Positions 1-28,300 of a stretch of DNA of 64,000 bases are shown here, in pieces. Both the position numbers and the translations under genes were made by a program. The first letter of the stretch is position 1, and every line of letters starts with the position of its first letter. Under the pieces are notes generated by a model. The model searched no databases and was not told the origin of the DNA. It worked only from the letters and a program-made list of their open reading frames with translations. Source of the DNA: the human T2T-CHM13v2.0 reference genome, Homo sapiens; assembly GCF_009914755.1 (NCBI RefSeq), contig NC_060933.1, one strand, 5' to 3'.

Positions 1-6640
<6,640 letters not shown>

Positions 6641-8483
6641 TCTTGCTGGAGTTCTCTGTATTTCTTGGATTTATATGTCAATCTCTCTAATGAGACTGGG
6701 GAAATTTGAATAGACCATCTTCAAATATATTTTCCAAGTTTCTTATTCTCTCTTTCTCTCTCAGGAATGCTGATGAGTTGTAAATTTAGTTTCTTTACAT
6801 AATCCCATATTTCTTGGATGTTTTGTTCATTTTTAATTCTTTATTTTTGACTGCGTTGATTTGAAAAACTGGTCTCTGAGCTCTGAGATTCTTTCCTCAG
6901 GTTGGTGTGTTCTTCCATTAATACTTCTGATTGTATTATGAAATTCCTGTAGTGAACTTTTCTCCTCAATAAGTTCAGTTTGAGTCTTTCTTAAAATGGG
7001 TGTTTTGCCTTTCAGCTCTTAAATTGTTTTACTGGATGCCTTGGCTTCCTTGGATTTTCAATTTTCTCAATCTTGATGAGCTTCCTTGCCATCCAGATTC
7101 TGAATTCCATATCTGCCATTTCAGACAATTCAGACTGGTTAAGAACTCACTGCTAGTGAGCTAACAGGCTCCTTTGGAGGTTAAGGGGATACTATTTTTT
7201 AATTGTCAGAGTTTTTATGCTGATTCTTTCTCATCTGGGAGAGCTGGTATTCCTTCAATTGTGGTATAAACTGAGTATAGTCCACTGACTTCATTTCTGG
7301 AAGTTTTCACAGGACTAAGGGTCAGTACAGGGTCTTTGTTGAATTTTTGCACATGGTTATGTAGAGAGGAGAATTAATGATTTTTGGTGTTATAGTTTCG
7401 GCTGTGATCCAGGAGATGGTGCTTGAGAGCAGTAGGTTCTTAGTTACCAAGTTCCTGGCTTTTGCAGCTGTATTCTGCCATGTGAGGGAGAGAGAGGTGA
7501 CCCCCCTCACCCGGTCGGCTCATGGACTTTGGGGGAGCCATCTCTGATCACTGGCACTGTGCTCACAATTTTGCTGTCAATATTATTAGGTATTTCGGGG
7601 CCACAGGGCTCCCTTGGGGAGAGGCCAGTTAGGGAAATAGGCCATACCCTTACAGGACCAGCCCTGTGGAAGGAGGTACACCTAGGCCCCATACCAGCCT
7701 GCAAGCCTGTGCAACTCATCTGTTTCCTGAGAGTGTGGGCTCCTTCCCAATTCAAGTGTCCAGCAGTTCCTGGCTTGGCACTCCTGAGCTGCAGACTGCA
7801 GCCCTGGGGCACCAGGACCTGCTCGTGGCTCCCTTTTCCAGACATTTGGGGTTGGGTTCCTGGTGTGGTGGGAGATCCAAAGGTTTCCCAGGCTGTCAGA
7901 ATGTACTCAGGTAGAGCAAGGCACCAGGCTGTGCATCAGAGGCTTCACTGATTACACTACATACTCCTACAGGGCAGCCTGGCAGGGACCCTGGGAGGTG
8001 CTGGTGGGCAAGCTGGCCTGCAAAACAGACATGCTGCAGGCCCTGTTCTCTCCCCAGCAGTTAGCTGGGGCCAGAGTCTCTCAGAGGGAGACAGGCAGCC
8101 TTGAGGAGTAGGCACTTATGGCCAGTCTCTGCCAGAGCTGCCCCAAAGTCAAAGGTCCCTAGCTCTGAGCTTGCTTTAACTCCATCTCTGTCGAATCTCT
8201 GGGGAGATCCCCCTGCCACCTCACACATCTGTGGGAGTGTGGGGTCCCCTGTAGCAGCTAAGATCCTAGAGGTACATGGCGAGAGTGCCTTTTGGGGCCA
8301 GGAACCAGCCATAGCATTTAGGCACCCCAAACGGGATTCCCAGCTCCCTCCCTTTTCAGCCTCAGCAACTGTATCTTTTTTCTATTCACCTTCAGTGTTT
8401 TCTTTCTGAAGATCTGTTCAAATTTTGTTGGTGTAGTCTCTGTGTAAATGACTTTTCACAGCTCCATCTACTCAGCCATCTTG
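6641..8483 (-). mobile_element. Older L1 (L1PB/L1MA-like), ORF1 and 5'UTR
   Basis: Antisense ORF1-like sequence, then a 5'UTR ending in the typical ...cagccatcttg L1 5' terminus. Confidence 0.75.
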
Positions 8484-8499
8484 CTTACCTTCCTACCCA

Positions 8500-10305
8500 C
8501 CATGATCTCAGCAGCATTTCTATACACCAATAATGATCAAGCTGAAAACCAAATCAAGAAGGCAATCCTATTTGCAATAGCTACAAAGAAAAATACCTAC
8601 AAATACAGTTAACTAAGGATATGAAAGATCTCTATAAGGAAATCTACAATGCAGTGATGAAAGAAATTATAGATGACACAAACAAATGGAAAAACGGCTG
8701 ATGCTCATGGACTGAAATATCTTTAAAATGACCATATTTCCCAAAGCAATATACAGATTAAATACAATTCCTATCAAAATAGCAATGTCATTTTTCACAG
8801 AATTAGAAAAAAAAATCCTAAAATTCACAAGGAACCAAAAAGAGCCCATGTGGCCAAAGCAATCTTAAGCAAACAATAAAATAAAAATTTAAAAGCTGGA
8901 GGTATCACATTATGTGACTTCAAATTATATTACAAGGCTATAATAACCAAAGCAACAGGCTACTCATATAAAAACAGACACATAGATCAGCAGAACATAA
9001 GAGAGAACCCTGAAATAAAGCCACATACCTACAGCCAACTGATCTCTAACAACGTTGACAAAAGCATACAATGGGGAAAGATCAGTCTAGTTTAAAAATG
9101 GTGCTAGGAAAATTGGATAGCCCTGTGCAGAAGAATCAGTCTGGACTCATCTCTCTCACCAAATACAAAAATTAACTCAAGATAAATTAAAGATTTAAAT
9201 GTCAGAACTGAAACTATAAACATTCTAGAAGAAAATCTCAGAAAAACTTTTCTGGACATAGGTTTAATCAAAGAATTCATGACTAAGTCCTTGAAAGCAA
9301 ATGCAGCAGAAACAACAAAATACAAATAAGACATAGTTAAACTAGAAAGCCTCTGCACAGCAAAAGAAATAATCAACAAACATACAACCTACAGAATGGG
9401 AAAAATATTTGCAAGCTATGAATCTGATAAAAGACTAATATCCAGAATCTACAAGGAACTCAAACAATTCAACAAGGATAAAACAAATAATCCCATTAAA
9501 AATTGCGCAAAGGACATGAACATTTTTAATGGTCAATACGCATATGAAAAAATGCTCAACATCACTGATGTTCAGAGAAAAACAAGTTGAAACTACAATA
9601 AGATGACATCTTACACTAGTCAGAATGGCCATTATTAAATCGTCAACAAATAACAGATATTGACGAGGATGTGGAGAAAAGAGAACACTTATTATTTTGG
9701 AATGTAAGTTAGTACAACCTCTATGTAAAATAGTATGAAGACTTCCCAGAAAACTAAAAATACAACTACTATTTAATCCAGCAAACTCACTACTGCATGT
9801 CTACCTAAAGGAAATCATTATAGCAAAAAGATACCTGTATTTGCATGTTTAAAGGACCACTCTTCACAAAGGCAAAGACAGGAAATCAACCTAAGTATCC
9901 ATCAACAGATGACTGGATAAAGGAGACACACACACACACACACACACACACATCATGGAATACTACCCAGCCATAAAAAGAATAAAATGTATTTTGCAGC
10001 AACATGGGTGGAACTGGAGGCTATTATCTTATATAAAATAACTAAGAAACAGAAAGTTAGATGCTGCCTGTTCTCACCTAAAAGTGGGACCTAAATAATG
10101 TACACACATGGTTGTAAAGTATGGAATGACAGACAATGGAAATGCAGAACTGTGAAAGAGGAGGGGGTGGAGGTGGATGATGAGAAATTAACTAATGGGT
10201 ACAGTGTACACTATTCATGTGATGGTGATACCAAAGGCCCAGACTTCACCACTATGCAATATATCCATGTAACAAATCTGCACTTATACCCCCTAAATCA
10301 ATATT
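8500..10305 (+). mobile_element. L1 (L1PB/L1MA-like), distal ORF2 and 3'UTR
   Basis: ORF2 C-terminal fragments (9396-9590) and an L1MA-type 3' end (ccatgtaacaaatctgcacttatacccc). Confidence 0.85.
9926..9952. repeat. (AC)13 microsatellite
   Basis: Read directly from the sequence. Confidence 0.95.
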
Positions 10306-11818
10306 AACAATTACATAGATTCAACATTCAAAGCAAAAATGACTGTTTAAGTAGAAAAGCATGAAAAAGACACTGCAGGAAAAATCTGATATTAGAATAA
10401 ATATTTTCCTTTGGAAGAATGAAAAATAAGAAAATAATGCGTGTACATGGCAATAATCTCATTAAAAGTATATAAATAAAAAGACAATTGATTAAAACAA
10501 AGTAATAAAAATGTTTGTGTGGTTTATAATGCATGCAGCAGTAAAATGTATGGCACAAACACCAGAAAAAAATGGACGGGGGGTGGGGATGGAAAGAAAA
10601 TTGAAGTATACTATTGTAAAGGTCTTAAACTGCCTGTGAAGTGAGATCTCATTATTTGAAGTTAGTCCGTGATATAAAGATGTATATTGTAAATGCTGAA
10701 GCAATCACCAAAAACGAAAGTTTAAAGATAAATAAATAACCAATAGGAGAAACAAAATGTAATTATAAAAAAATTCAACCCAATAGAATGCAAAAAAGGA
10801 CAAAATGCAACAGATCAGATGGAACACATAAAAAAGCAAGATTGTATATTTAAACACAAATCATATTGATAATTACATCAATAAAATATTAAACACTCCA
10901 AATGAAAAGCATACACTGTGAACTTGATGAAAAAGCAAGAACCAATGACACGTTGTTTACAAGAAACTAATTTTAAACATGAAGATACAGATAGGTTAAA
11001 AATAAAAGATTGGGAAAATGATATATGATGGAAACACTAATTATAAGAAAGCTGGAATATTAGCAGTGATAAAAGGAAATATAATGACACAAGAATCAAT
11101 TTACCAAAAAAATGATATGCAGCTAGCAAAATAATTTTGAAATACATTAAGAACGAATGCATGAAAAAAATATAAATGACCTGAGAAGGCAAATAGGCAA
11201 ATCCATTATTACAGAGATTTCAACACTTTTATCTCACTAACTGAGAGAACAAGAAAGCAAGATCAGTAAAGACACAGAACAATGAATAACACTGTCAACT
11301 AACTTTACCTAACATCTACAGAATATTCCATCAAAAAATAGCAGAATACACGTTTGTTTCATGCACACATGGAATAATTACCACAAATTATTATTTATGG
11401 AACATAAAACAATTCTCAAGAAATTTTAAAATATTGTCAACAACATATTAAATTAGAAATTAATATAAGAAAGATATCTAGTAAATACTGAAACATTAGC
11501 AATTTTAAAACAAACCTATATAACCCATGGGTCAAGAAAAATCACAAGAAAAAATGGAAAATATTCTCTAATGAATGAAAATGAAAATGACATGTAAACT
11601 TAAAGCTGTGAGTACAGTGAAATTTATAGCTTTAGATGCTTCTATTTAAAAAGAAGCGTCTAAAACCAGTAATTTAAGAAACTAGAAAACAGCCTTAATA
11701 AGACTATTAACTTGATAATCAGGAGGAAATAATAAAGCTAGAAGCATAAAACAACAAACGAGAAAAAGGAAATGGAGAATATCAGTAAAGGCAAAAGGTG
11801 ATGATCTGAAAAGACCAA

Positions 11819-15005
<3,187 letters not shown>

Positions 15006-15991
15006 AAAAGACCAATACATTTGTAAACCTCAGCTAGAATAATCAAGAGTAAAAAAGAAAAACCACACATTATCAAAATCAGTAATAAAAAAAGGATTAG
15101 CATTTATACAGATCCTATAGACATTTAAAGGATGGTCAGGGAATATGATGAAAAACTTTATGCCAATAAATATGACTAAGAACTTTCATGCAATTGACAA
15201 ATTTCTTAAAAGGAAAAAAAAGGCCAAATGAACTTAAGATACAGAAAATCTAAGTAGATCTATAACTTTTCAAAAATTTAATTTGTAATTAAAACCTGCA
15301 AGCCAAAATAACTTTATTGGTGAATTTCAGCAAGCAAGAAATAAATCATATAATCCTAAACAGATTCTTTATGAAAATAAAGGAGGCAACACTTCACAGC
15401 TCACTTTAGCAGGCCCCCATTACTCTGATATCAGAACCAGATAAAGACATAAAACTGTAAATGAATATCTCTATGGCTATTGATGCAAAACCCCATTCCT
15501 ATTAGCAAACATATCTGGATTCCTCAAATGATCAGAATAAAGAAGAAAGCCCCCTACAGGGATTTCCATATATGCAGAAAAAGCATTGGACAACATTCAA
15601 CACCTACTCATGATTAAAAAAAAATTCTCAGCAAACAGAATATAAAAGGAAACTTTTTCAGCTAGATAAAATGTATCTACAAAAATCCTAAAACTTTGCC
15701 TAGTTAATATTGCATTCTCTAGTTAATGTTGCACTGGAAGTCCTAGGCAATGCAATGAGTCAATAAAAAGAAATTAAAGACATTATATTGGAAAAGAAAA
15801 AATAAAAGTCTCTATCCACAATAACAGGACTGTTTATAAAGAAAATCCCAAGCAATCTAATGAAATATTAACAAGTTACAAGAATAAGTGAATTTACAAT
15901 GTTACAGGATACAAACACATACTAGCAACAATGAAAACATTAAATTTTTAAAATACCATTTACAATAGCATTAAAAAAATAAAATACTTAA

Positions 15992-16104
15992 AGGCAGGAG
16001 AATTTCTTGAACCTGAGAGGCAGAGGTTGCAGTGAGCTGAGACTGCGACACTGCACTCCAGCCTGGGTGACAGAACAAGACTGTTTCAAAAAATAAAATA
16101 AAAT
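15992..16104 (+). mobile_element. 5'-truncated Alu (right arm only)
   Basis: Right-monomer consensus plus A-rich tail, TSD-like aataaaat(a/g)ctta. Confidence 0.85.
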
Positions 16105-16749
16105 AATAAAATGCTTAGAGGTACATTTAACAACATATGTATTATAACTGTACATTAAAACTACAAAATATTGCTGAAATTAAAGAAGACCTGCAAAAAT
16201 GGAAAATATATAATACCATGTTCATGGATCTGAAGGCTCAATTCTCCTCAAATTGATCTGTAGATTCAATGCCATCCTTATCAAAATCCCCAAAAAGTGT
16301 TGTAAAAAATAGTAAACTGTTTCTAAAATTTATATGAAAATACAAAGGCCCAACAATAGCCAATACAACTTTGGAAAAGAACAAAATGGTTGGAGAACTT
16401 ACACTATTTAATTTAAAGATGTAATATACATCTATAGTAATCAAGAAAGTATGGTATTGGCATAATGATTAATGGAAAGATTAATGGAAAAAAAGAGACT
16501 GTCAGAAATAAACCCACTCATATATATAGTCAACTGATTTTTGTAAGGCATAGCCTTTACAATCAATTTGCTGGAACTACCAGTTAGGAATTTGCAGGAA
16601 AAAAAAAGACCCTGACTTCCATTTTCACCACACAGAAAAATGAACTCAAATGTATCACAGACCTAATATAAATGCTAAAATTACAGAACTTCCAGAAGAA
16701 AATGTAGGGGAAAATCTTAAGAAATTTGTAATAAGCTAAAATTTAAGTG

Positions 16750-20890
<4,141 letters not shown>

Positions 20891-20897
20891 AGGTAAA

Positions 20898-21154
20898 CCC
20901 AGCACTGTGGGAGGCCAAGGTGGGAGGATCACTTGAGGCCAGGAGCCCGGAGACCAGCCTGGGCAACACAGCAAGACTCTGTCTCTACAAAAAAAATATA
21001 AAAAATTAGCCAGGTGGTATGAACCTGTAGTCCTGGCTACTCAGGAGGCTGAGGTGGGAGGATCACTTGAGCCCAGGAGGTTGAGGGTGTAGTGAGCTGT
21101 GATCACACTACTGCATTCTAGCCTAGGCAACAGACCCTGCCTCAAAAAAAAAAA
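20898..21154 (+). mobile_element. Alu (AluJ-like, 5'-truncated)
   Basis: ggaggatcacttgagcccagg AluJ diagnostics and an A tail. Confidence 0.88.
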
Positions 21155-22148
21155 AGGATAATTTCTACTTAAGATTTTATTGACATCAGTAGTACTGAGC
21201 AAGATGTTAGGATTAAAATCTTGATCCAGTTCTACCACTAACAAGTAACTTAACATGGAGCCTCAATATGTTGCTTAATATCAAGGTATCTCAGATTTTT
21301 TTTTTCAATTTGGGATTGCTCTAAGGAGTCTATAAATGTGACTATTCTATCAAAATGTACCACATCATTAGTGCAATTTTAAATATTAAAAGGCTGACAT
21401 TAAACCAAAAAGCAAATTAAATACAATCTAACATACAAATTATTAAAAAATGTGTAGGGAAGTATATAGCTATGCAAATAACACACTTGGTTAATATCAT
21501 AATTTTCTAATTGGGACTTTTGTTGTGTGTATATAAGTAAGCTAACAAGCTGCACTTTATTCTTCAACTACAAGTACAGACCTATACCCTTTTAAACTGG
21601 ATCGTGTACATGGCTGTATTTTAGCCAAAGCATAGACAACATGGAGCATTTTCATCTAATGCTTAGCAGACCTACTCTACCACTGAACCGTAATATAATC
21701 TGTCATTTTGTATCTACATGGGTAGCTCCCTATATCTACAGATAACTGAATGCAGACTGTACCCTGAAACTGATTAAAAACATTCAAAAATATTTATTAA
21801 TGCAAAGTATGTATGACACAGATATAAGTGGAAAAGAACCTTTGTTCTAAGAATTAACAAAGCCAAATAGAAATAAAACATTTAAGAACATTATAGTACA
21901 CATTTCAGAAAGAAACTAGAGAACGATCTCAAATGTTGCTTATCAACTAATTAATGGGTACGAAGTAGGAATTCCATTTTGGGTTCACTGGGTTCTGTTT
22001 TGCTCTAATTTGTAGTACTAAAATTATGTCATGTGTGGACAGGAAAAAAAACACCAAAAATTTAGTATTGTAACATCTATATTGAGTTGAGATATGCAAG
22101 CACTTCAACAGTAGGACTTCAACAATAGTCATACATTAACTCCATTAC

Positions 22149-22337
22149 TAGTGGTTCTTGATCTTTAACCTACTTCAGAATAGCCTAGAAGCCTTATTAA
22201 ACACAGATTGCTGACCCCCATACCTACAGTTTCTGATTCAGTAGGTTTGAGGTGAGACTTTAGAACTGCATTTCTAACAAGTTCCCACGTGATGCTGATG
22301 CTGCCGATTTGGTAAGGGACCACGCTTTAAGAATCTT
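22149..22337. mobile_element. MER5A-like hAT DNA transposon relic
   Basis: agtggttct...gtttctgattcagtaggt...tgcatttctaacaagttccc...gaccacgcttt consensus pattern. Confidence 0.8.
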
Positions 22338-22955
22338 TTCTACAGGTTTCTCAAACATTGAGATTTATGTTGATTCAGATTATATCAGTACCTTCAAAGC
22401 AAAGACAGGGTATCTTGGAGAGATTTTAGTTTAGATTCACTAAACTCTCTTTTAAGTTCTCAGTAGAAATTGTGAAGAGAAACTGACTACTATAATAAAA
22501 CTCAAGGAATTAGAAGTGTAACTACTATTACAGCACAAGGGCTTCTACCAGGAATGGTAGTTGATTCGTTATTTTTAAGTTGGTGGGACAGATGGGTCGA
22601 CATCTTGGAGTAAGTATAAGCCTAACAGTCATGGGCATCAGTTTGTGTGTCATACAGATGGAAAGCAGAAGGTTCCATAATCCATCTTAAAACACAGCTT
22701 AAGACTTGAGTTTCAACCATAATGACAAGTGAACAGGTAACTCTTAGATGTCTGCATGGATCAAACCATCTCCAGATCTTCAAAAAGCGTATGAAAACTA
22801 AGGAAAACAACAGGGTCACCAAAGAAAATACTAAGATACCTATTACCACTATAAGGTATGGTCAAGTGCTTGCAAGTACATTCAGACATTTTTCACATCA
22901 TATCACTTATATGCACAATTACAAAAAAAATAGAGTTAAATAAATGTATTAAGCT

Positions 22956-22961
22956 TTTATT
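22956..22961 (-). terminator. INSL6: INSL6 polyadenylation signal AATAAA (very short 3'UTR)
   Basis: TTTATT on the + strand 24 nt past the stop codon, followed on the minus strand by a T-rich tract. Confidence 0.85.
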
Positions 22962-22985
22962 AGGTTAGAAAAAATTCTAAGATGG

Positions 22986-23338
22986 TTAGTATATCTTAGT
23001 TACAAGTGATGATCTTTTTTCCTTTAGCCTTTTAAAATCAATATATGGAAGACATGCAATGCTAAGTTCTTCTTTTGTACATCCTGTAAGACAACACTTT
23101 TCTGAATATCCTCTGCGTTTTCTTTGGGGATGATGCCCCCAAAACAAATTGCTTAAGGTTTTAATTTTGTTTCTACGTTTCTTCTGAAATTTTGCATTCT
23201 CATGAATATATACATTGATATTATGTGATGAAGAAAATTCTCTTGTCTTACCAAGGGGTGAATATCCCTTTTTATCCTTATACTCAGGTAGTGACTGCAT
23301 TTCCCAACTGTTTACTGCTTCTTCCCAAGAAGTAGACA
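22986..23338 (-). CDS. INSL6: Insulin-like peptide 6, coding exon 2 (C-peptide, RKRR site, A-chain)
   Basis: Pyrimidine tract and CAG acceptor (AG at 23340-23339). Split codon G|TG = Val97. Encodes ...[24 protein letters not shown]... (CC-x3-C-x8-C). 289+353 = 642 nt = 213 aa plus stop. Confidence 0.98.
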
Positions 23339-23554
23339 CTGTTGAGAGAGAAGAAAATAAATGCTCCTTTATTAAAATCTTCCTTTAGATGAAAATTTAA
23401 TATTGGAACAGTAAAATCAGCTAATTATTAAAAAACAAGTAATCACATTTTAAATAAAGAATGGAAAGTATGGTTATTCAAAAGCAATATTTAACTAAAG
23501 TAGGTGTAGTGTTTTCCTATTAAAAGGCTGTACGCCTTTGTACATTTTTGTATT

Positions 23555-24700
23555 AACAATTTGACATATCATTCACATGCTATAAAATTAGTCATTTTAA
23601 AGAATACAATTCAGTGGGTCTTAGTATATTCGCAGGGTTGTGAAACTATAAATCTAACTCCAGAACATCTGTATCCAAAAAGAAACCTATGCCCATTAGC
23701 AGTCATTTCCATTTCCCTCTCCCACTATCCCCTAGCAATCACCAATCTACTTTCTGTTTCTATGGATTTGCCTATTCCGTATATTTCATATAAATGAAAG
23801 CATACAATACATGACCTTTTGTGTCTGGTTTCTTTCACTTAGCATGATGTTTTCAAGGTTCACCTACATTGTAGCATGTATCTTTTTATGGCTGAATAGT
23901 TTTCCAATGTGTGGATATTCCACATTTTGTTTATCCATTTATCAATTGATGGACATTTGAGTGGTTTCCACTTTTTGGTCATTATGAATAGTGCTGATGG
24001 CCCAGCATAGTGGCTCACGCCTGTAATCCCAGCACTCTGGGAGGCCGAGGCGGGCGGATCACTTGAGGTCAGGAGTTCAATACCAGCTTCGCCAACATGG
24101 CGAAACCCTGTCTCTACTAAAAACACACAAAAAATTAGCCAGGCATGGTGGTGCACGCCTGTAATACCAGCTACTTGGGATGCTGAGGCATGAGAATCAC
24201 TTGAACACGGGAGGAAGAAGTTGCAGTGAGCCGAGATAGTGCCACTGCACTCCGGTCTAGGTGACAGAGCAAGACTCCATCTCAAAAAACAAAAAAAAAG
24301 AATAGTGCTGCTATGAGCATTCACACACAAGTTTTTGTGTGAACATATGTTTTGAATTCTTTGGGATGTAACCTAGGGATGGAACACTGCATGATATAAA
24401 TTTGTTTGATGTTTTGAGGAACTGCCAAACTTTTCCACAGTGGCTGTACAATTTTTCAATCCCAGCATCGGTACAGTAGAGTTCCAATTTTCCCACATCC
24501 CCATCAAAACTTGACATTTTCCATTTTTTGATTATCACCATGGATGCACAGTGGTAGCTCACTATATTTTTGATTCGCATTTACCTCATGGCTAATGATG
24601 TTAAGCATTTTTTCATATGCTTATTATATATCCTCTTTGAAGAAATGTCTCTTCAAATCCTTTGCCCATTTTCAAATTTGATAATTTGTCTTCTTATGCA
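23555..24700 (-). mobile_element. L1MB-like 3' end in the INSL6 intron
   Basis: Typical antisense L1MB 3'UTR (accaatctactttctgtttctatggatttgcctattc). Confidence 0.8.
23999..24299 (+). mobile_element. Alu (AluS-like)
   Basis: Full dimer, TSD gaatagtgctg. Confidence 0.95.
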
Positions 24701-24889
24701 CATCTTACAACTGAGCAGTAGAAACCATTTTGTTCTTTATTAAAATATAAAGAAATAGAGAAGTGGTAATATGCTCTAGGTACAATGAACTGATTGTCAC
24801 TGTTATGCTGCTCTTAACTCACTTAGCAATACTGGATACTGGAAACCAAAATAACTCCAGAAGGTAATTATTTGAAGACTTATTGTACT

Positions 24890-25420
24890 TCCATTATGGC
24901 CCTTGCTCATCTACAGTACCTTCTAGGAGGATATATTTGCCAATAGTCTCTACTGTAGAGCCAGCTCTTAGGCAGCCATGTTCTGAACCATGTGACTCCA
25001 CCCTCTAGCCACAGTGGAACAAACTGGAAGTTGGCACCTGACCCAAAAGAAACCAATCTGTCACAATGGCTAGCAATCCACGTCATGTGAAAAACATGAA
25101 TCGACCCAATCAGATTTCCTCAGTTTGAAACTAGAACTAAGAAGTAACGAGAAAAAGATGAGTTAGTGAGAACCAAAGCTAGAAGGATTCTATGAGGTTT
25201 GTCATGACAAGCTAAAGTCATAAAGGAACATAAACACACGGAAAAGATTCACAGAGAGAGAGGAAGGCAGAAGATTTTTGTTTTTGTTTTTGTTTTGTTT
25301 TTTTAAGAGGTAATATGATTTCTTAGGCTTTACAAAGTCTTTCTACGTCCACTTCTATACCTTGTTTGTTTTTATAATAACTACTATCCCCTTTTATCTT
25401 GAGGTTATTTAGGTGAATCT
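24890..25420. mobile_element. Possible old ERVL-type solo LTR (LTR33-like)
   Basis: ggcacctgaccca...ccaatc motif typical of these LTRs. Weak, by eye. Confidence 0.35.
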
Positions 25421-27922
25421 ATATTCTTTGCAGTTAGAGGCCTATTAGAGCACTCTTTAATAACTTTTTATTTAATTAAAAAGTTGCTTGTTTAAAAGAA
25501 TAAGATAGAACTCTATCCAGACTAATCAGGAACAAAAAAGATGGAAATGAACAAAATACAGCAGAAAAAAAGAAATAAGTAAATACAGCCAAGTTTTAAA
25601 ATAAATATTATGAATGCTTATACATTTAAAAATAAAGATTAAATGGATGAATTCCTAGAAAAATACAAGATGCCTTAACTGGTACACAATGACACAGAAA
25701 ACCTAAGTGTACCAACAATATTCAAAGAAATGAAAAGGGTAGTCAGAGTTATCACCTTCAAAAAAACACAGATATGGGTGGTTCCACTTATTTTTAAAAA
25801 ACAGTAAATTCTAATAATATACAAGTTGTTCCAGAAAACGAGCAAAAGCTGCCCAGCTCATTTTATGAAGCTGGCATAATCTTTATTCCAAAACTAGGTA
25901 AGAACAATATGAGATTTTAAAATATTTAAAAACTCATTTGACTTTCAAATGTTGATTTCAAACTCCTAAATATTAGTTAACTGAATCCATAAACACGTTT
26001 TACAAATACATTAAGAAACGGTTCGGGGAAGCAGCCAAGATGGCTGAATAGAAACACCTTTGCTCTGCAGCTCCCACCGAAAAGGACAAAAATGGCAAGT
26101 GGATTCTGCATCTTCAATTGAGTTACCAATGTTCTCTCATTGGGACTGACTAGGAGGTTGGCGTGACTCAGAGAGAGCAAGGAAAAGCACAGTGGAGCTA
26201 GGGCCCACCTGGGAGCCAGCCACACAGGGCAAAGGGAGCTCCCTTCCCCAGCCAAGGGAGGCAGTGAGGGATTGTGCTACCCCTCCCTGAAAACCATGCT
26301 TTTACCATGAATCCTTGCAACCTGGGGATCAGGAGGTCCCCTCATGAGCCCATGCCACCAGGGCCTTGGGTTCCAAGCATTAAGCTATGCAGACTGATGG
26401 TGGCTGCTGAGGTGGGTGGCACTTGAGCAGGCACTGAGACCACGAGTTCCTGGGGGGAAGAGGCAGCTGCCATTACTGTGTCTTCAGTCCACCGTTTTCC
26501 CCTACCATGATGCCAGTGCAGTTTGGATGGGGAGCAATTCCCCCACAGCACAGCACAGCGGCTGGGACAGTTTGTGGCCAGACTGCTTCTTTAGGTGGGA
26601 CTCCAATCCATTCCCCCTCACGGAGCAGGGCCTCCCTGTGGGAATTTTCACATCCCCAGTGGAGGGTTTATGGATAGAACTCTGATATCCCTGAGAAGAG
26701 GCTCTAGGAGGAGGGTTGGCCGCGCTATCGTGGATCAGCCATTTTAGTCTTTCCTGCCTACTGGCTCTGGAGAGGGAGATTTCTCCCAGCACAACACACC
26801 TGCTCTACCAAGGGGCAGCCAGACTGCTTATTTAAGTGGGTCCCTGATCCTATTCCTCCAAACTGGGTGAGACCTCCCAACAGGAGTGTTCTGCTGGCAT
26901 CAGGTTAGCACCCCTCTGGGACAAAGTTCTCAGAGGAAGGAGCAGCCTGCCATCTTTGCTGGTCTGCAGCCTCCACGGTGATACCTCCTGGGGCGGAAGA
27001 AACCAAGGTGAATAAAGTCTGGAATGGACTCCCAGCAAACTGCAGCAACCCTATGGAAGAGTGGCCCTACTGCTAAAATAAAAACAAACAGGGAGCAACA
27101 ACAACAACATAAACAAGAAAGACTTCACAAAAACCCCATCCAAAGGTCATTGGCCTCAAAGATCAAAGGTTGATAAACCCATGAAGATGAGAAATAATCA
27201 GTGCAAAAATGTTGGGAACTCAAAAAGCAAGAGTGCCTCTTCTCCAAATGATCGTAACATGACTCCATGAAGGGCACAGAACCGGGCTGAGTCAGAGATA
27301 GATAAATTGACAGAAGTAAGCTTCAAAAGATGGATAATAACAAACATCCCTGAGCTAAAGGAGTATGTTCAAACTTGTTGCAAAGAAGCTAAGAACCATA
27401 ATAAAACATTACAGGAGCTGTTAACAAGAATAACCAGTTTAGAGAGGAAGACAAGTAACCTGATGGAGCTGAAAAACACAACACGTGAACTTCACGATGC
27501 AAACACAAGTTTGAAGTTTGTAGCTGAATAGACCAAGTGGAAGAAAAAATATCAGAGCTTGAAGACTATCTTGCTGAAATAAGGCAGGCAGACAAGATTA
27601 GAGAAAAAAGAATGAAAAGGAATGAATAAAACCTCCGAGAACTATGGGATTATCTTAAAAGACTGAACCTATGACTAATAGGGGCACCTGAACAAGACGG
27701 GGAGAACAGAAACAAGTTGGAAAACACACTACAGTATATCATCCAGGAGAATTTCCCCAAATTAGCAAGACAGGCCAAAATTCAAATTCAGGAAATCCAG
27801 AGAACCCCAATAAGATACTTCATGAGAAGATCAGCCCAATGACATATAATCATCAGTTCTCCAAGGTCAAAATGAAGGAAAAAATGTTAAGTGCAGCCAG
27901 AGAAAGGTCGAGTCACCTATAA

Positions 27923-28300
<378 letters not shown>

